44,676 nt of DNA. It comes from a virus. Its lineage: Duplodnaviria; Caudoviricetes. Shown here piece after piece: positions 9,594 to 18,782 of the stretch. Under the pieces are notes generated by a model that was not told the DNA's origin, ran no database searches, and was given only the letters and a program-made list of their open reading frames with translations. A program made the position numbers and the translations under genes. The stretch covers positions 1 to 44,676 of the IMG/VR virus record IMGVR_UViG_3300044210_000016; one strand, written 5' to 3'. Numbering within the stretch: the stretch's first letter is position 1; every line of letters starts with the position of its first letter.

Positions 9594-10831
9594 TCAAATC
9601 TACACTGTTTCCGCCCTTGCCGAGCGATTGGTCCCCTGTCGAGAACTACCTCTCAGGTAGTGCGGTAGGGCAGCCGACTAAGGTGGTGCCCCCTATCGGC
9701 GTAAGCAACACAGGACATTTCCCCGATCAAGCGAACATCGCGCCCGAGCACATCAACTACCTGCAACACACCTATTCGCGGCATTTGATGGCTGCGCGCG
9801 ACGCGATGTTGCTCCCGGACGGGGTATCTAGATCTGCCAAAAATATATCAGATACGCGCAAAACACGCGTGATCAACACATGCATGGGGCTTTACTGTGG
9901 GCACATGGTGCCGGTGGATCCGTACAGATCGATCGAAATCTACCAGAACGAAAGTGTTTGGGTGATCCGATCGAATCTGTACCCTGCACAAGCTTCCACC
10001 ACTTATCAAGGTGTGGCTAGTACTTCAGCGCCGTCAAATGCTACGTACGTTGACTACTGTTTAGATTCGTACAGTAAGACTTTCTATCTGCATTGCGGAT
10101 CGTACATCTACCGCAAGCAGTTTGAGTTGGTCAACACCACTGCAGAGTCTGTATCTAACGCGAGCATTGGTGAGACTCCAATCAAGATCGCATCACATAA
10201 CGGTGTGTTTATTCGGTGCCGAATCTCGGGGGATACTGGCGAACCAATCGTGGTTGACCGCCGATCGTCCACCGGCACGTGGACGAGCGCGACACTACTA
10301 GCTACGGGTCACGCCACACGTTTTGCCGTGTTCGTTGGCTGGGTGCCTGCGACGTTTGGTTGGGCCGGGGGATTCGTGATAGTGCTTCGGAACGGCAACG
10401 TGTACACCTCTCCGGACGGGGCGACCTGGACGCTACGCAACGCAGGCAATGTGTTCGCGGCGTCGAGCTACAGTAGCATCAACAACGCCAATCACAGCTT
10501 GCTGCTCTCGGCCGTAGTCGTTGGAACCACGATCATTGCGACGCAACCTTGGCCGCGCGATGTTATCGCGGGGATTGGTTTGATGGGCGGTTGGACGTAC
10601 ATCTCTGACGATTGGGGCAATACGTGGCGCGCTTACAACACCCCGTCGTGCAATCACGTCAGTGACGGCGGCGATCAACTGATCTACCAGTACGAGCAGA
10701 ACTGGCCTACGGTAGACGCGATCTGTTGGAGCAATTCATTCACCAACACCGTTCAGACGTCCAAACCCTTGATCGCAGGTTCATTTTTGCCGCAAGCAAG
10801 TGCCGATATTCCCTCGCTTGTGGTAACCTGA
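9590..10831 (+). CDS. Tail fibre/receptor-binding protein with Asp-box (BNR-like) repeats
   Basis: Last gene of the baseplate block; YTSPDGATW and YISDDWGNTW Asp-box motifs; ATG 9590 overlaps the upstream stop. Confidence 0.65.
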   Translation: MIKSTLFPPLPSDWSPVENYLSGSAVGQPTKVVPPIGVSNTGHFPDQANIAPEHINYLQHTYSRHLMAARDAMLLPDGVSRSAKNISDTRKTRVINTCMGLYCGHMVPVDPYRSIEIYQNESVWVIRSNLYPAQASTTYQGVASTSAPSNATYVDYCLDSYSKTFYLHCGSYIYRKQFELVNTTAESVSNASIGETPIKIASHNGVFIRCRISGDTGEPIVVDRRSSTGTWTSATLLATGHATRFAVFVGWVPATFGWAGGFVIVLRNGNVYTSPDGATWTLRNAGNVFAASSYSSINNANHSLLLSAVVVGTTIIATQPWPRDVIAGIGLMGGWTYISDDWGNTWRAYNTPSCNHVSDGGDQLIYQYEQNWPTVDAICWSNSFTNTVQTSKPLIAGSFLPQASADIPSLVVT

Positions 10832-10838
10832 CCAACCC

Positions 10839-13193
10839 ATGCCAGCCGATCAATCCGGGCCCTCTGCCGACGGGTCAAGGCCGATCTATGCGTCATTTTT
10901 TCCTGACATCGAGGCCAGTGCTTGCGAAACGTGTCAGATCCCGTGGGAGAGCTTGTGCGAATTCCTCGAGAAAAACGTGCTCCCTTGCGCGACCAAAGAG
11001 GGTGCGTCACTGTTCAATTTCGCCCAGTATCGCCAGGGTTGTACGCATTTCTATTCGAGCAACGTGCTCGACGTGGGGGCCATCGGAATCGACGTAGACA
11101 CGGGCGATCTGTCAGATATTGAGTACACCTTGCGCGAGCTGTGCAAGGCCAACCTCGAGTTCTTGTTCCACACGACTTGGAGCCACGATCCGGCACGCGG
11201 TGTGCACAAGGCCCGTTTTTGGATTCCTTTCGATGCGCCAGTGCCGGGGGATTCCTACAAGTCGATCTACCGTCGCGCTTTCGCCAGATTCGCGCCAAGG
11301 TCCGATAGCCACGTTTGCGACCCGGCTAGGCGCTTCTACCGCCCGTCGCACCACCCATCGCGCCCGTACCTGATACGGCGCTTCCGAGGCCAATTCCTGA
11401 GACCGGTGGACATCGGGGAAGGATATCGACAAGTCTTTGCCAACGTGGACGCCACACGCGAGCTGACACCCGAGATCCTCAAAAAGCTGGCAAATCGTTG
11501 GGCAAACCAGAAGTCGCCAGCCACGATGGATCTCGGCGCGCGATTGCAGAAGGTGCTGAAAGGCCTCCCGTTCGCCGGCAAGGGCGAGCGCGACACGATC
11601 GCCTTCCAGTTGGCTTCGAAAATTGTCGAGGCCTACCCGGATGCGCACGAGCGTTCGATCGGCGAGGTGTTTGCCCAGTCGCTTGACATAATGGCGCAAG
11701 AGGATCCGGACGGGGCTCTTACACGCGAATTGCTTGAAGCCAAAGTCGTCAACGCCCGACGACGAGTAGGGGAGCTACGGGATACCTCGGTAATTGCTCC
11801 GCGCCGGCAAGCGGACATCACCCAGCACTTCGCTGGAACACGCAACGAACCCTACACGATCCCTGAAGTTTCAGAGATCGCCGAAACGGTCGGCGTCACA
11901 CGGGAGCAACTAGATCGTTGCTGGATTCTGGCGGCAGATCGAAGCTACTACGTACTGAGTGGGCCCAAACCTCGCGTGCAAGAGTGCAGCCGTGAAAGCC
12001 TGGTCAATGTCGCGCGCGTAGCGCTCGCGCCCGCGCCCGTGAGTACGTACGTTGCAACCGAGGACGCCATGCGCCTGCTCACGTGGAGCGAGCTTTTGGA
12101 GCGATATTCGACGCCGATTAAGGAGGTGCGCCGATCGATGATCGCTCAAGTTCCGACGATCGAGCTCCACGACAGCCGTCTGACAATCCCCGTCTGCCCG
12201 TTGCGCGATCTCGAGCCCCGTTATGACACTCGAGTTGCAAAGTGGCTAGAAATCCTCGGAGGACCTCAACATCCACAGTTGCTTGCTTGGCTGCACTTCG
12301 CAACGGATCTTTCGAAACCCCTTGCAGCGCTCGTAATGATCGGTGCTCGAAGTGCCGGCAAGTCGTTGTTGATGAGAGGCTTGGCGCGAATCTGGACGAC
12401 GGCAAGCCCGCCCACGCTTGAACAGGCTCTGTCGAATTTCAACGGTGCCGTCGAATGCTGCCCGATCGTCGTGTCAGACGAATCCCTGCCAAAAGACTCG
12501 AGGGGTCGAGAGCCCATCGCGCAATTGCGGCAGCTGATTCAATCGACGAACCGCACGAGCAACCGCAAATATAGAGCGGAGCAACCACTAGACGGCGCGA
12601 TCCGTCTGGTGCTGGCCGCCAACAGCCACACCTTGCTGACCGTGCACGATGCACTCTCGGGAGATGACGCGCCGGCATTCGCCGAACGCTTGTTCGAACT
12701 GCACACCACGCAAGCATCGCGCGAATATCTCGATTCGATCGGCGGCCGCGCGTTCATTGACAGTGATTGGATCGACCAAGATCACCTAGCGCAGCACATC
12801 CTATGGTTGGTCCGCAACCACCCCGTGCAATGGTGCGGTAGGTTTGGTGTCCAGCAAGACTCGACAGATCTAGCCAATCGACTGATCGTGCGCGGCGGTG
12901 TGAGAGCCCAGCTCTGCGAGTTTTTCGTCAGGGCATTTGCAGACGGTCTCGAGTTCGACAGACGTTCGATCGTGCGTGCTGGTGGTCGTTTGCTTGTCCC
13001 GATCGATTGCGTATTGACTAATTGGGATCGGGTGTTGCGCCGGATCAACATCCCACCAACGGCTGTAGTGGCTGGGGCTCTCGCAGGTATTTCGATCGGC
13101 AGGGTGGACGTAAATGGTGTGCTGTGGTACGAAGTCGATTGTGCAAAACTCTCCATGTGGGCCCGAGATACCGGGTACTCATTTAGCCCGTGA
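10839..13193 (+). CDS. Primase-helicase fusion (AEP-like primase/polymerase plus C-terminal P-loop helicase)
   Basis: IGIDVD (DxD), HTTWSH, RFWIPF in the N-terminus; GARSAGKS Walker A and VVSDE Walker B in the C-terminus. Confidence 0.8.
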   Translation: MPADQSGPSADGSRPIYASFFPDIEASACETCQIPWESLCEFLEKNVLPCATKEGASLFNFAQYRQGCTHFYSSNVLDVGAIGIDVDTGDLSDIEYTLRELCKANLEFLFHTTWSHDPARGVHKARFWIPFDAPVPGDSYKSIYRRAFARFAPRSDSHVCDPARRFYRPSHHPSRPYLIRRFRGQFLRPVDIGEGYRQVFANVDATRELTPEILKKLANRWANQKSPATMDLGARLQKVLKGLPFAGKGERDTIAFQLASKIVEAYPDAHERSIGEVFAQSLDIMAQEDPDGALTRELLEAKVVNARRRVGELRDTSVIAPRRQADITQHFAGTRNEPYTIPEVSEIAETVGVTREQLDRCWILAADRSYYVLSGPKPRVQECSRESLVNVARVALAPAPVSTYVATEDAMRLLTWSELLERYSTPIKEVRRSMIAQVPTIELHDSRLTIPVCPLRDLEPRYDTRVAKWLEILGGPQHPQLLAWLHFATDLSKPLAALVMIGARSAGKSLLMRGLARIWTTASPPTLEQALSNFNGAVECCPIVVSDESLPKDSRGREPIAQLRQLIQSTNRTSNRKYRAEQPLDGAIRLVLAANSHTLLTVHDALSGDDAPAFAERLFELHTTQASREYLDSIGGRAFIDSDWIDQDHLAQHILWLVRNHPVQWCGRFGVQQDSTDLANRLIVRGGVRAQLCEFFVRAFADGLEFDRRSIVRAGGRLLVPIDCVLTNWDRVLRRINIPPTAVVAGALAGISIGRVDVNGVLWYEVDCAKLSMWARDTGYSFSP

Positions 13194-13899
13194 TGGGATC
13201 TCCACAAGCGCGTGCACAACAGCTCATAGGTGTTTTCGACGGTGGGCGTTTCGCGCGATTGCACACCTTCCGAAGGGTACTAGCAAGGCAACCGAAGAGG
13301 GCAAGGTTGCGCATAACTATGCTGAAAACTGGTTGAAATACGGCATAGCGCCAGACCAGACCCGCCGTGAGGGCCGTTGGTTGATGCGAGGGATCCACCT
13401 GCTACCGAGACCCGGCACCGTATGGGTTGAGCGGGCATTTGCCTTTCGTTTCGATGGGATCAATTGGGGCGGGTATAAAGACTTTGAACACCCATACGAG
13501 CCATATACCGGCGATCACAAGTTCATCAGTGACACGAACAAATACTCACTGGATCGCAAAGGTTTGCTCGACAACAATCAGGGCATGCTGTATGCTCTCG
13601 ACTCATGCATCAAGTATCAAAGCACACTTGCTGCGCTTGATTGGATTTGGTATCCAAAGAACGCCGGGCCTGTCAAGCGCACATTGATCCGGGAAATATC
13701 GATCGATCGTTGCGCAAGTCACGTTCACCGTGAAATGACACCGACCGCCACTATGATGACTCAATACCGCCACTATGTGCGGAGTATATTTCGACCAGAC
13801 GTTGATCTGGTTGCATTAGTGAATCGCGAGACATACGCCAATAAGGGCGCTTGTTTCGACTATCACACAACGTGCCCGTATATTGGAGTATGCATATGA
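13114..13899 (+). CDS. Cas4-like PD-(D/E)XK exonuclease (start uncertain)
   Basis: S.S......C.RRW, G...H, GYKD, GDHK, Q..LYA motifs; C-terminal CFDYHTTCPYIGVC Fe-S-type Cys cluster. Confidence 0.75.
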   Translation: MVCCGTKSIVQNSPCGPEIPGTHLARDGISTSACTTAHRCFRRWAFRAIAHLPKGTSKATEEGKVAHNYAENWLKYGIAPDQTRREGRWLMRGIHLLPRPGTVWVERAFAFRFDGINWGGYKDFEHPYEPYTGDHKFISDTNKYSLDRKGLLDNNQGMLYALDSCIKYQSTLAALDWIWYPKNAGPVKRTLIREISIDRCASHVHREMTPTATMMTQYRHYVRSIFRPDVDLVALVNRETYANKGACFDYHTTCPYIGVCI

Positions 13900-14252
13900 A
13901 TGCTACGCAAGATCCAGAAGCCCTTTTGGCGCAACTTCGAGCCGAACAGGAAGGCCAGGGGCAACCTCCGCCCAACTACCCCCAACAGCAGCCACCACCC
14001 AACTACCCACCGCAGGCAGCTCCGCAGTACCCCCCACCGCAGCAGTACCCCCAACAGCAGCCACCACCCAACTACCCACCGCAGGCAGCTCCGCAGTACC
14101 CACAGATCAACCCTGCTGGCGAGGGTGACGGATCGACTCCGGTCAGGCGCGGCCGCGGCAAGGGCAAATCTTCCGCCGGCAATGACATTGTGCAAATCAA
14201 TGGGCAATCGTTTCGCGTCGTGACTACTGTCACGTTCGAACCCGCAGAATGA
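13896..14252 (+). CDS. Pro/Gln/Tyr-rich low-complexity protein with basic patch
   Basis: ATG 13896 overlaps the upstream stop, GGAG upstream; PPPNYPPQ repeats; RRGRGKGK. Confidence 0.65.
   Translation: MNATQDPEALLAQLRAEQEGQGQPPPNYPQQQPPPNYPPQAAPQYPPPQQYPQQQPPPNYPPQAAPQYPQINPAGEGDGSTPVRRGRGKGKSSAGNDIVQINGQSFRVVTTVTFEPAE
13977..14101 (+). repeat. 56-bp direct repeat x2 (period 69 bp) within the P/Q-rich gene
   Basis: 13977-14032 equals 14046-14101. Confidence 0.9.
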
Positions 14253-15919
14253 CCCGAATCTCGGAGCTCCCTATTTGGGACTACCGACGTAGTATGAGAC
14301 AGGCCGCGGAGTATTACACCGCGGCCTGTCGCACACCGTGGGGTACCCAAACGTTGCGGGACATGCAAGGTGTTGCTTTGCTGATTGCACAAGCGCGTCG
14401 AGGTCTATGGGGATCCATGATGGTGGGTTGTGGCAAGACGCTTACCGCCGGACTTATCCCGTTCGTCATGAGGTTACGCCGGCCGCTACTAGTCGTGCCG
14501 GGATCTTTGGCAGGTGATGCAGACGACGAATACGACAGACTGCGAGTGCATTGGCGGATTCCGACCAACCTGCGGATCGTTTCGTATCAGTACCTCGGTC
14601 ACCGAGATCATGCGCGGGAGCTGTGGAGCTACAGACCAGACGGGATCATTTGTGATGAAATGCAGTGGCTCAATAACATGCTTCCAGGCGGCGCGACAGT
14701 CGCTACACGCTTTGCACGCTTCATGCACGAATCCCCGCAAACAATGTGGTTTGGGCTATCGGGATCACCGTCAGAAGAACTGATGAAATTCGGGCCCCAT
14801 TTGAATTGGGCCCTGAAACAGTTCGCGCCCGTACCGCGTGATCTCGACACGTTGCAAACATGGGCAGACGTGCTCGACGAAAACGTAGAGTCAACCAATC
14901 GAACACGCGGTAATCCCGCGATCCTTGAGCCGCACCTTGGCCCGTGCCCGAGCTATGAAGCGGCCAGTATTGCGTTCGGCAATCGATTATTCTTCACGCC
15001 GGGCGTGCTGATCTCGACCGAAGCCTACGTCAAATCGGCTCTCGAAATCAAACCCGTGCACCTCAAGTTCGATTCGGTGATCGATCGCGCAATGGCCGAG
15101 TTACGTGAAGAGGGTAAATGCCCTGACGAATGGTTGCTAGGTGATAGCTTCGAAATCTATCGGGTGGCAAGGGAGCTCTCACTGGGGTTTTACTACCGGC
15201 ACGATCCGAGGCCTCCAAAGGACTGGCTTGACGCGCGAAGATCCCTTTATATGGGCATTCGCGAAGTGATCGCGACCAGTGATGAATTTGATAGTGTCGC
15301 GTTAGTCTTCAATGCGATCATCAACGGCCGTATTCCGTGGTTAGAAGATGCCCATGCGCATTGGGTGGCAATCCGAGATTCGTTCGTACCGAACACTGTA
15401 TGCACTTGGATCTCGAACCAGCCCTTGGAGCGTTGTCTCAAGTGGGGTAAAGATGGTGGAATCATCTGGACGCATCGGACGGAGTTCGGCAAGGCAATCG
15501 CGCACGCATCAGGTTGGTCTTACTTTGGTGAGATGGGATTAGACGACGCCGGACGTCGGATCCAAGATGTCAAGGACAAGACGATCATCGCTTCGATTCA
15601 AGCCAACCACACAGGAAAAAACCTGCAATACGCGTACAATCGCAACCTCGCGACAACTGTCTCAAGTCAGCCGGGTGTCAACGAACAGTGGATCGGTAGG
15701 ACTCATCGCGAGGGTCAAAAGAAACACACCGTCTACTTCGACTATCTCGTGGGGTGCCGAGAGCACTATGAGGCGTTAGAGCGTGCTTACAACACTGCTG
15801 GGGCACTGGAGCTGAAAAGTCACTTGCCCCAAAAACTCAGAATTGCTACGTTGATCTGGCCCGATCGCACGCAGTGCGAAGGTTGGGCATATGCTCGAAA
15901 CAAGAGTAAGAAACAATAG
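14249..15919 (+). CDS. Superfamily 2 (SNF2-like) helicase
   Basis: VGCGKT Walker A, ICDEMQ Walker B, LSGSP motif III, TGKNLQ, EQWIGRTHREGQ motif VI. Confidence 0.85.
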   Translation: MTRISELPIWDYRRSMRQAAEYYTAACRTPWGTQTLRDMQGVALLIAQARRGLWGSMMVGCGKTLTAGLIPFVMRLRRPLLVVPGSLAGDADDEYDRLRVHWRIPTNLRIVSYQYLGHRDHARELWSYRPDGIICDEMQWLNNMLPGGATVATRFARFMHESPQTMWFGLSGSPSEELMKFGPHLNWALKQFAPVPRDLDTLQTWADVLDENVESTNRTRGNPAILEPHLGPCPSYEAASIAFGNRLFFTPGVLISTEAYVKSALEIKPVHLKFDSVIDRAMAELREEGKCPDEWLLGDSFEIYRVARELSLGFYYRHDPRPPKDWLDARRSLYMGIREVIATSDEFDSVALVFNAIINGRIPWLEDAHAHWVAIRDSFVPNTVCTWISNQPLERCLKWGKDGGIIWTHRTEFGKAIAHASGWSYFGEMGLDDAGRRIQDVKDKTIIASIQANHTGKNLQYAYNRNLATTVSSQPGVNEQWIGRTHREGQKKHTVYFDYLVGCREHYEALERAYNTAGALELKSHLPQKLRIATLIWPDRTQCEGWAYARNKSKKQ

Positions 15920-15929
15920 GTAATAGTCA

Positions 15930-16697
15930 ATGGCTAATTTCGGACCGGGCGGACCACAACCGCCATATCAAACACAGTACGGGCAGCAAACTCCGCAACA
16001 GCCGCCACAGTACCCACCGCAGGGGCAGCAATACCCACAGCAACCGCAGCAACGGCAACAGTGGGGTGCCCCGCAGCAACCTCCACCACCGCCGCCCAAC
16101 TACCCACCGCAGGGGCAGCAATACCTACAGCAATCACAGCAACGGCAACAGTGGGGTGCCCCGCAGCAACCCCCGCAGCAGTACGGGCAGCAGTACGATC
16201 AGCAACCGAACTATGGCGCTCCAACGTCTCTGAACGACGCAAAGGTCGTCAACTATTCGGTCAAGACACCCTATTTCCCGTATAAACGCGAGGATGGCGC
16301 GGAGGGTAGTTGTGTGTTTGATTTCGTTGACTTCAAACTGAAGCCACCAGGGTTTCAATCTGGATCGGCGTATCAGGCGGAGATCATGATCGTGGATTCA
16401 CAGTGCACAGGAGTGCGGCAGGGGTCGACCTACTTGATCAACTGGCCATTGGAGCCTTCGAACAAGAAAGCGGTACCTGCCATCCTCGGGAAACTTAGGG
16501 CGTTCGTCGCGGCCGTTGTTGGGGCAAACCCTAATGATCCTTCATTCGACGGTGATGCTGCGCGCGATAAGATCTTGCGTGTTGCGGCTCAAGAGTACTA
16601 CCGTCAACGACCAGCACGGCTGTGGATGGTTCAAACGTGCAGACTGACCAACGAAGGAAAGCCCGTCACCGATCAGCAATTCGGGCAACTCGCGTGA
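15930..16697 (+). CDS. Protein with long Q/P/Y/G N-terminal tract and beta-rich C-terminal domain (possible ssDNA-binding protein)
   Basis: ~95 aa low-complexity N-terminus; located between helicase and polymerase; SSB call is positional inference. Confidence 0.55.
   Translation: MANFGPGGPQPPYQTQYGQQTPQQPPQYPPQGQQYPQQPQQRQQWGAPQQPPPPPPNYPPQGQQYLQQSQQRQQWGAPQQPPQQYGQQYDQQPNYGAPTSLNDAKVVNYSVKTPYFPYKREDGAEGSCVFDFVDFKLKPPGFQSGSAYQAEIMIVDSQCTGVRQGSTYLINWPLEPSNKKAVPAILGKLRAFVAAVVGANPNDPSFDGDAARDKILRVAAQEYYRQRPARLWMVQTCRLTNEGKPVTDQQFGQLA
16011..16171 (+). repeat. ~71-bp imperfect direct repeat x2 (period 90 bp)
   Basis: 16011-16081 vs 16101-16171, three mismatches. Confidence 0.85.
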
Positions 16698-16703
16698 TTC
16701 TTA

Positions 16704-16775
16704 GCGCCGGCTCGTGATGCCACGTGCAAGCCGCCCTCACGGTGGTTCGGGATGCGAAAGCCCGACGGCGCGCCA
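16704..16775 (+). ncRNA. tRNA-like cloverleaf ending in G-CCA (non-canonical, probably not a functional tRNA)
   Basis: GCGCCG/CGGCGC acceptor-like stem, CGTG/CACG, GCCGC/GTGGT with 7-nt loop, TCGGG/CCCGA around TGCGAAA; fills the intergenic gap. Confidence 0.5.
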
Positions 16776-18782
16776 ATGATTTTTCAGACACCAATCACCA
16801 TCTGGGATACAGAGAGTGAGTTGATGAGACCGGGCTATATGGCCCCTAAAACGGTCTGCATCTCCACGGCTAACGATCGTTCCGGAAAGATCTGCTCGAC
16901 GCTTGATCCAACACGCAACGTGCATTGTGTTGCAAAACGCACCCTCGCTGGCGTGTCCGGAGGGCACAATATCGCCTACGATCTGGCGTGTCTCGTTGCG
17001 CATCACGATCTGTTGGATGACGTTCTGGTGGCACTAGAAGAGAGTCGGATCGTTGACACGATGATCATCGAGCGACTTGCCGAGATCTATCAGGGCGACA
17101 AGCGCGGGCCATTGAATCTCTCCTACTGTTGCCAGCGCTACGGAATGCAGGCGCTCGATAAGGGTGAGACTCAGCTCTCGTTTGGCCCCTTGTGGGGCCT
17201 GCCAATCTCATCGTACTCAAAGGAACAAGTCGACTACTCGTTGAGCGACGCGGAAGCCACGTTGCGCTTGTTCCGTCGCCAAGAAGCGCGTTGGCTGGCG
17301 ACTGGTAAGATCCACTGGTCCGACGTGTCAGAGCTCACACGGCGCGCGTTTTGGCTGCAGATCTGCATGTGTCGGGGGCTGCGCTCGGATCCGATCTCGA
17401 TCGATGAGCTGTTTGAGGTCACGTCGGCTGAGATCGACCAGTTGCGGCACGAGTTCACGATCCGGAAGTTCCTTCGTCCCGACGGCTCAAAAGACATGAA
17501 AGCGATCCGTGCGTGGGTCTCGTACGCGTACGACGGCGCACCGCCAATGACAGAGGAATCGGCGGCGTCGAAGCGAGACCGCCAAAAGGCTGCTGAACAA
17601 GGGATCCACAAGAAACCCTTCGCGCCCCAGGTGTGCACGGACCGCGCAACACTCGAGGAGTCGGGCAACCCGATCCTAGAAGACTTCGCGAGATACGGCG
17701 AAACTGCCAGCGTTTTGAACAAGGACTTGCCGATGCTTGCGTCGGGCGTGGACTACCCGATCCACACCCGGTGGGGAATCGCTGGTACTGGCCGAACTAC
17801 GTCGAGTGCACCGAACATCCAAAATTTCCGACGCAACTCGCCAAAGAGGTGTAATCACTGCGGGTGCGTTTACCACGCCGTCAAAAAGATCTGCCCCAAA
17901 TGCGGCTGCAAAAAAGCCACTTCACTCATGGGGATCCGTGAGTGCATCATCCCTCGAGAGGGGTACGTTTTCCTGGCGATAGACCATAGTGGTTTGGAGC
18001 TGTGCACGCTCGCGCAACAGATCGTGAAGATGTTGAACCTGCGACACATGGCGGACGACATCAACGCAGGAATCGATCTGCATAGTCGGGTTGGTTGCTT
18101 GATCGCAGGCGTGCCCTACGACGTGTTTCGCCAACGCTACAAGGACGGAGATCTCGAGGCGGCCCTGCAACGCAACTGTGGCAAGGTGTACCAATTCGGC
18201 CGGCATGGCGGCATGGGTGAAGAAACGCTCAAATACTACGCAAAACAAGGGTATCAGCTCGATCTGACCGACGCGTTTTGCCACGACCTAGTACATAATT
18301 GGGGCCCCAAGGCGAACCCTGACGGCGCGGAATACTTGCGAGCGATCCGGCGCTTTTACCCTCAGAATGCGCAGAAACGGTATCAAGTCAAATGCTATGG
18401 CTCGAACATTACACGTTCTGATTGCACCTACTCTGCCGCGGCAAACCACGCATTCCAACACCTTGGCGCGATGATCGAAAGCAGAGTCGGGTGGGAACTC
18501 ATGCGCGAACAGTTGACGGGGCGAACGCGTGACGGGCACAGATCTCCGTTGGGTGAGTGCTTCATGTCCAACTTCGTTCACGACGAGTTCGTATTCGAGG
18601 TGCCCTGGCGGCTAGTTGACGACGCTGATCAGCGGCTGCACTACAACATGACGGAGATCCCGAAGCCTCTCTTGCCGGACGTGCGAATCCGCGCGGAATC
18701 CGTGGCGATGGATCGTTGGTCAAAGCGCGCCAAGCGCGTTGAGAAGAATGGCAAATTAGGAGTATGGCACTATGAAGCCTGA
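16776..18782 (+). CDS. polA: Family A DNA polymerase with 3'-5' exonuclease (start 16776 or 16752)
   Basis: Exo WDTE, GHNIAYD, YSLSDA; TGRTTSSAPNIQN; motif A DHSGLEL; motif B R..GK...FG; motif C VHDE. Confidence 0.92.
   Translation: MIFQTPITIWDTESELMRPGYMAPKTVCISTANDRSGKICSTLDPTRNVHCVAKRTLAGVSGGHNIAYDLACLVAHHDLLDDVLVALEESRIVDTMIIERLAEIYQGDKRGPLNLSYCCQRYGMQALDKGETQLSFGPLWGLPISSYSKEQVDYSLSDAEATLRLFRRQEARWLATGKIHWSDVSELTRRAFWLQICMCRGLRSDPISIDELFEVTSAEIDQLRHEFTIRKFLRPDGSKDMKAIRAWVSYAYDGAPPMTEESAASKRDRQKAAEQGIHKKPFAPQVCTDRATLEESGNPILEDFARYGETASVLNKDLPMLASGVDYPIHTRWGIAGTGRTTSSAPNIQNFRRNSPKRCNHCGCVYHAVKKICPKCGCKKATSLMGIRECIIPREGYVFLAIDHSGLELCTLAQQIVKMLNLRHMADDINAGIDLHSRVGCLIAGVPYDVFRQRYKDGDLEAALQRNCGKVYQFGRHGGMGEETLKYYAKQGYQLDLTDAFCHDLVHNWGPKANPDGAEYLRAIRRFYPQNAQKRYQVKCYGSNITRSDCTYSAAANHAFQHLGAMIESRVGWELMREQLTGRTRDGHRSPLGECFMSNFVHDEFVFEVPWRLVDDADQRLHYNMTEIPKPLLPDVRIRAESVAMDRWSKRAKRVEKNGKLGVWHYEA

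Noticed and set aside
16704-16775. Functional selenocysteine or UGA-suppressor tRNA
   Set aside because: Lacks U33, D-loop GG, TTC and a proper variable arm; many genes here end in TGA with coupled starts, arguing against recoding. Kept only as a tRNA-like element
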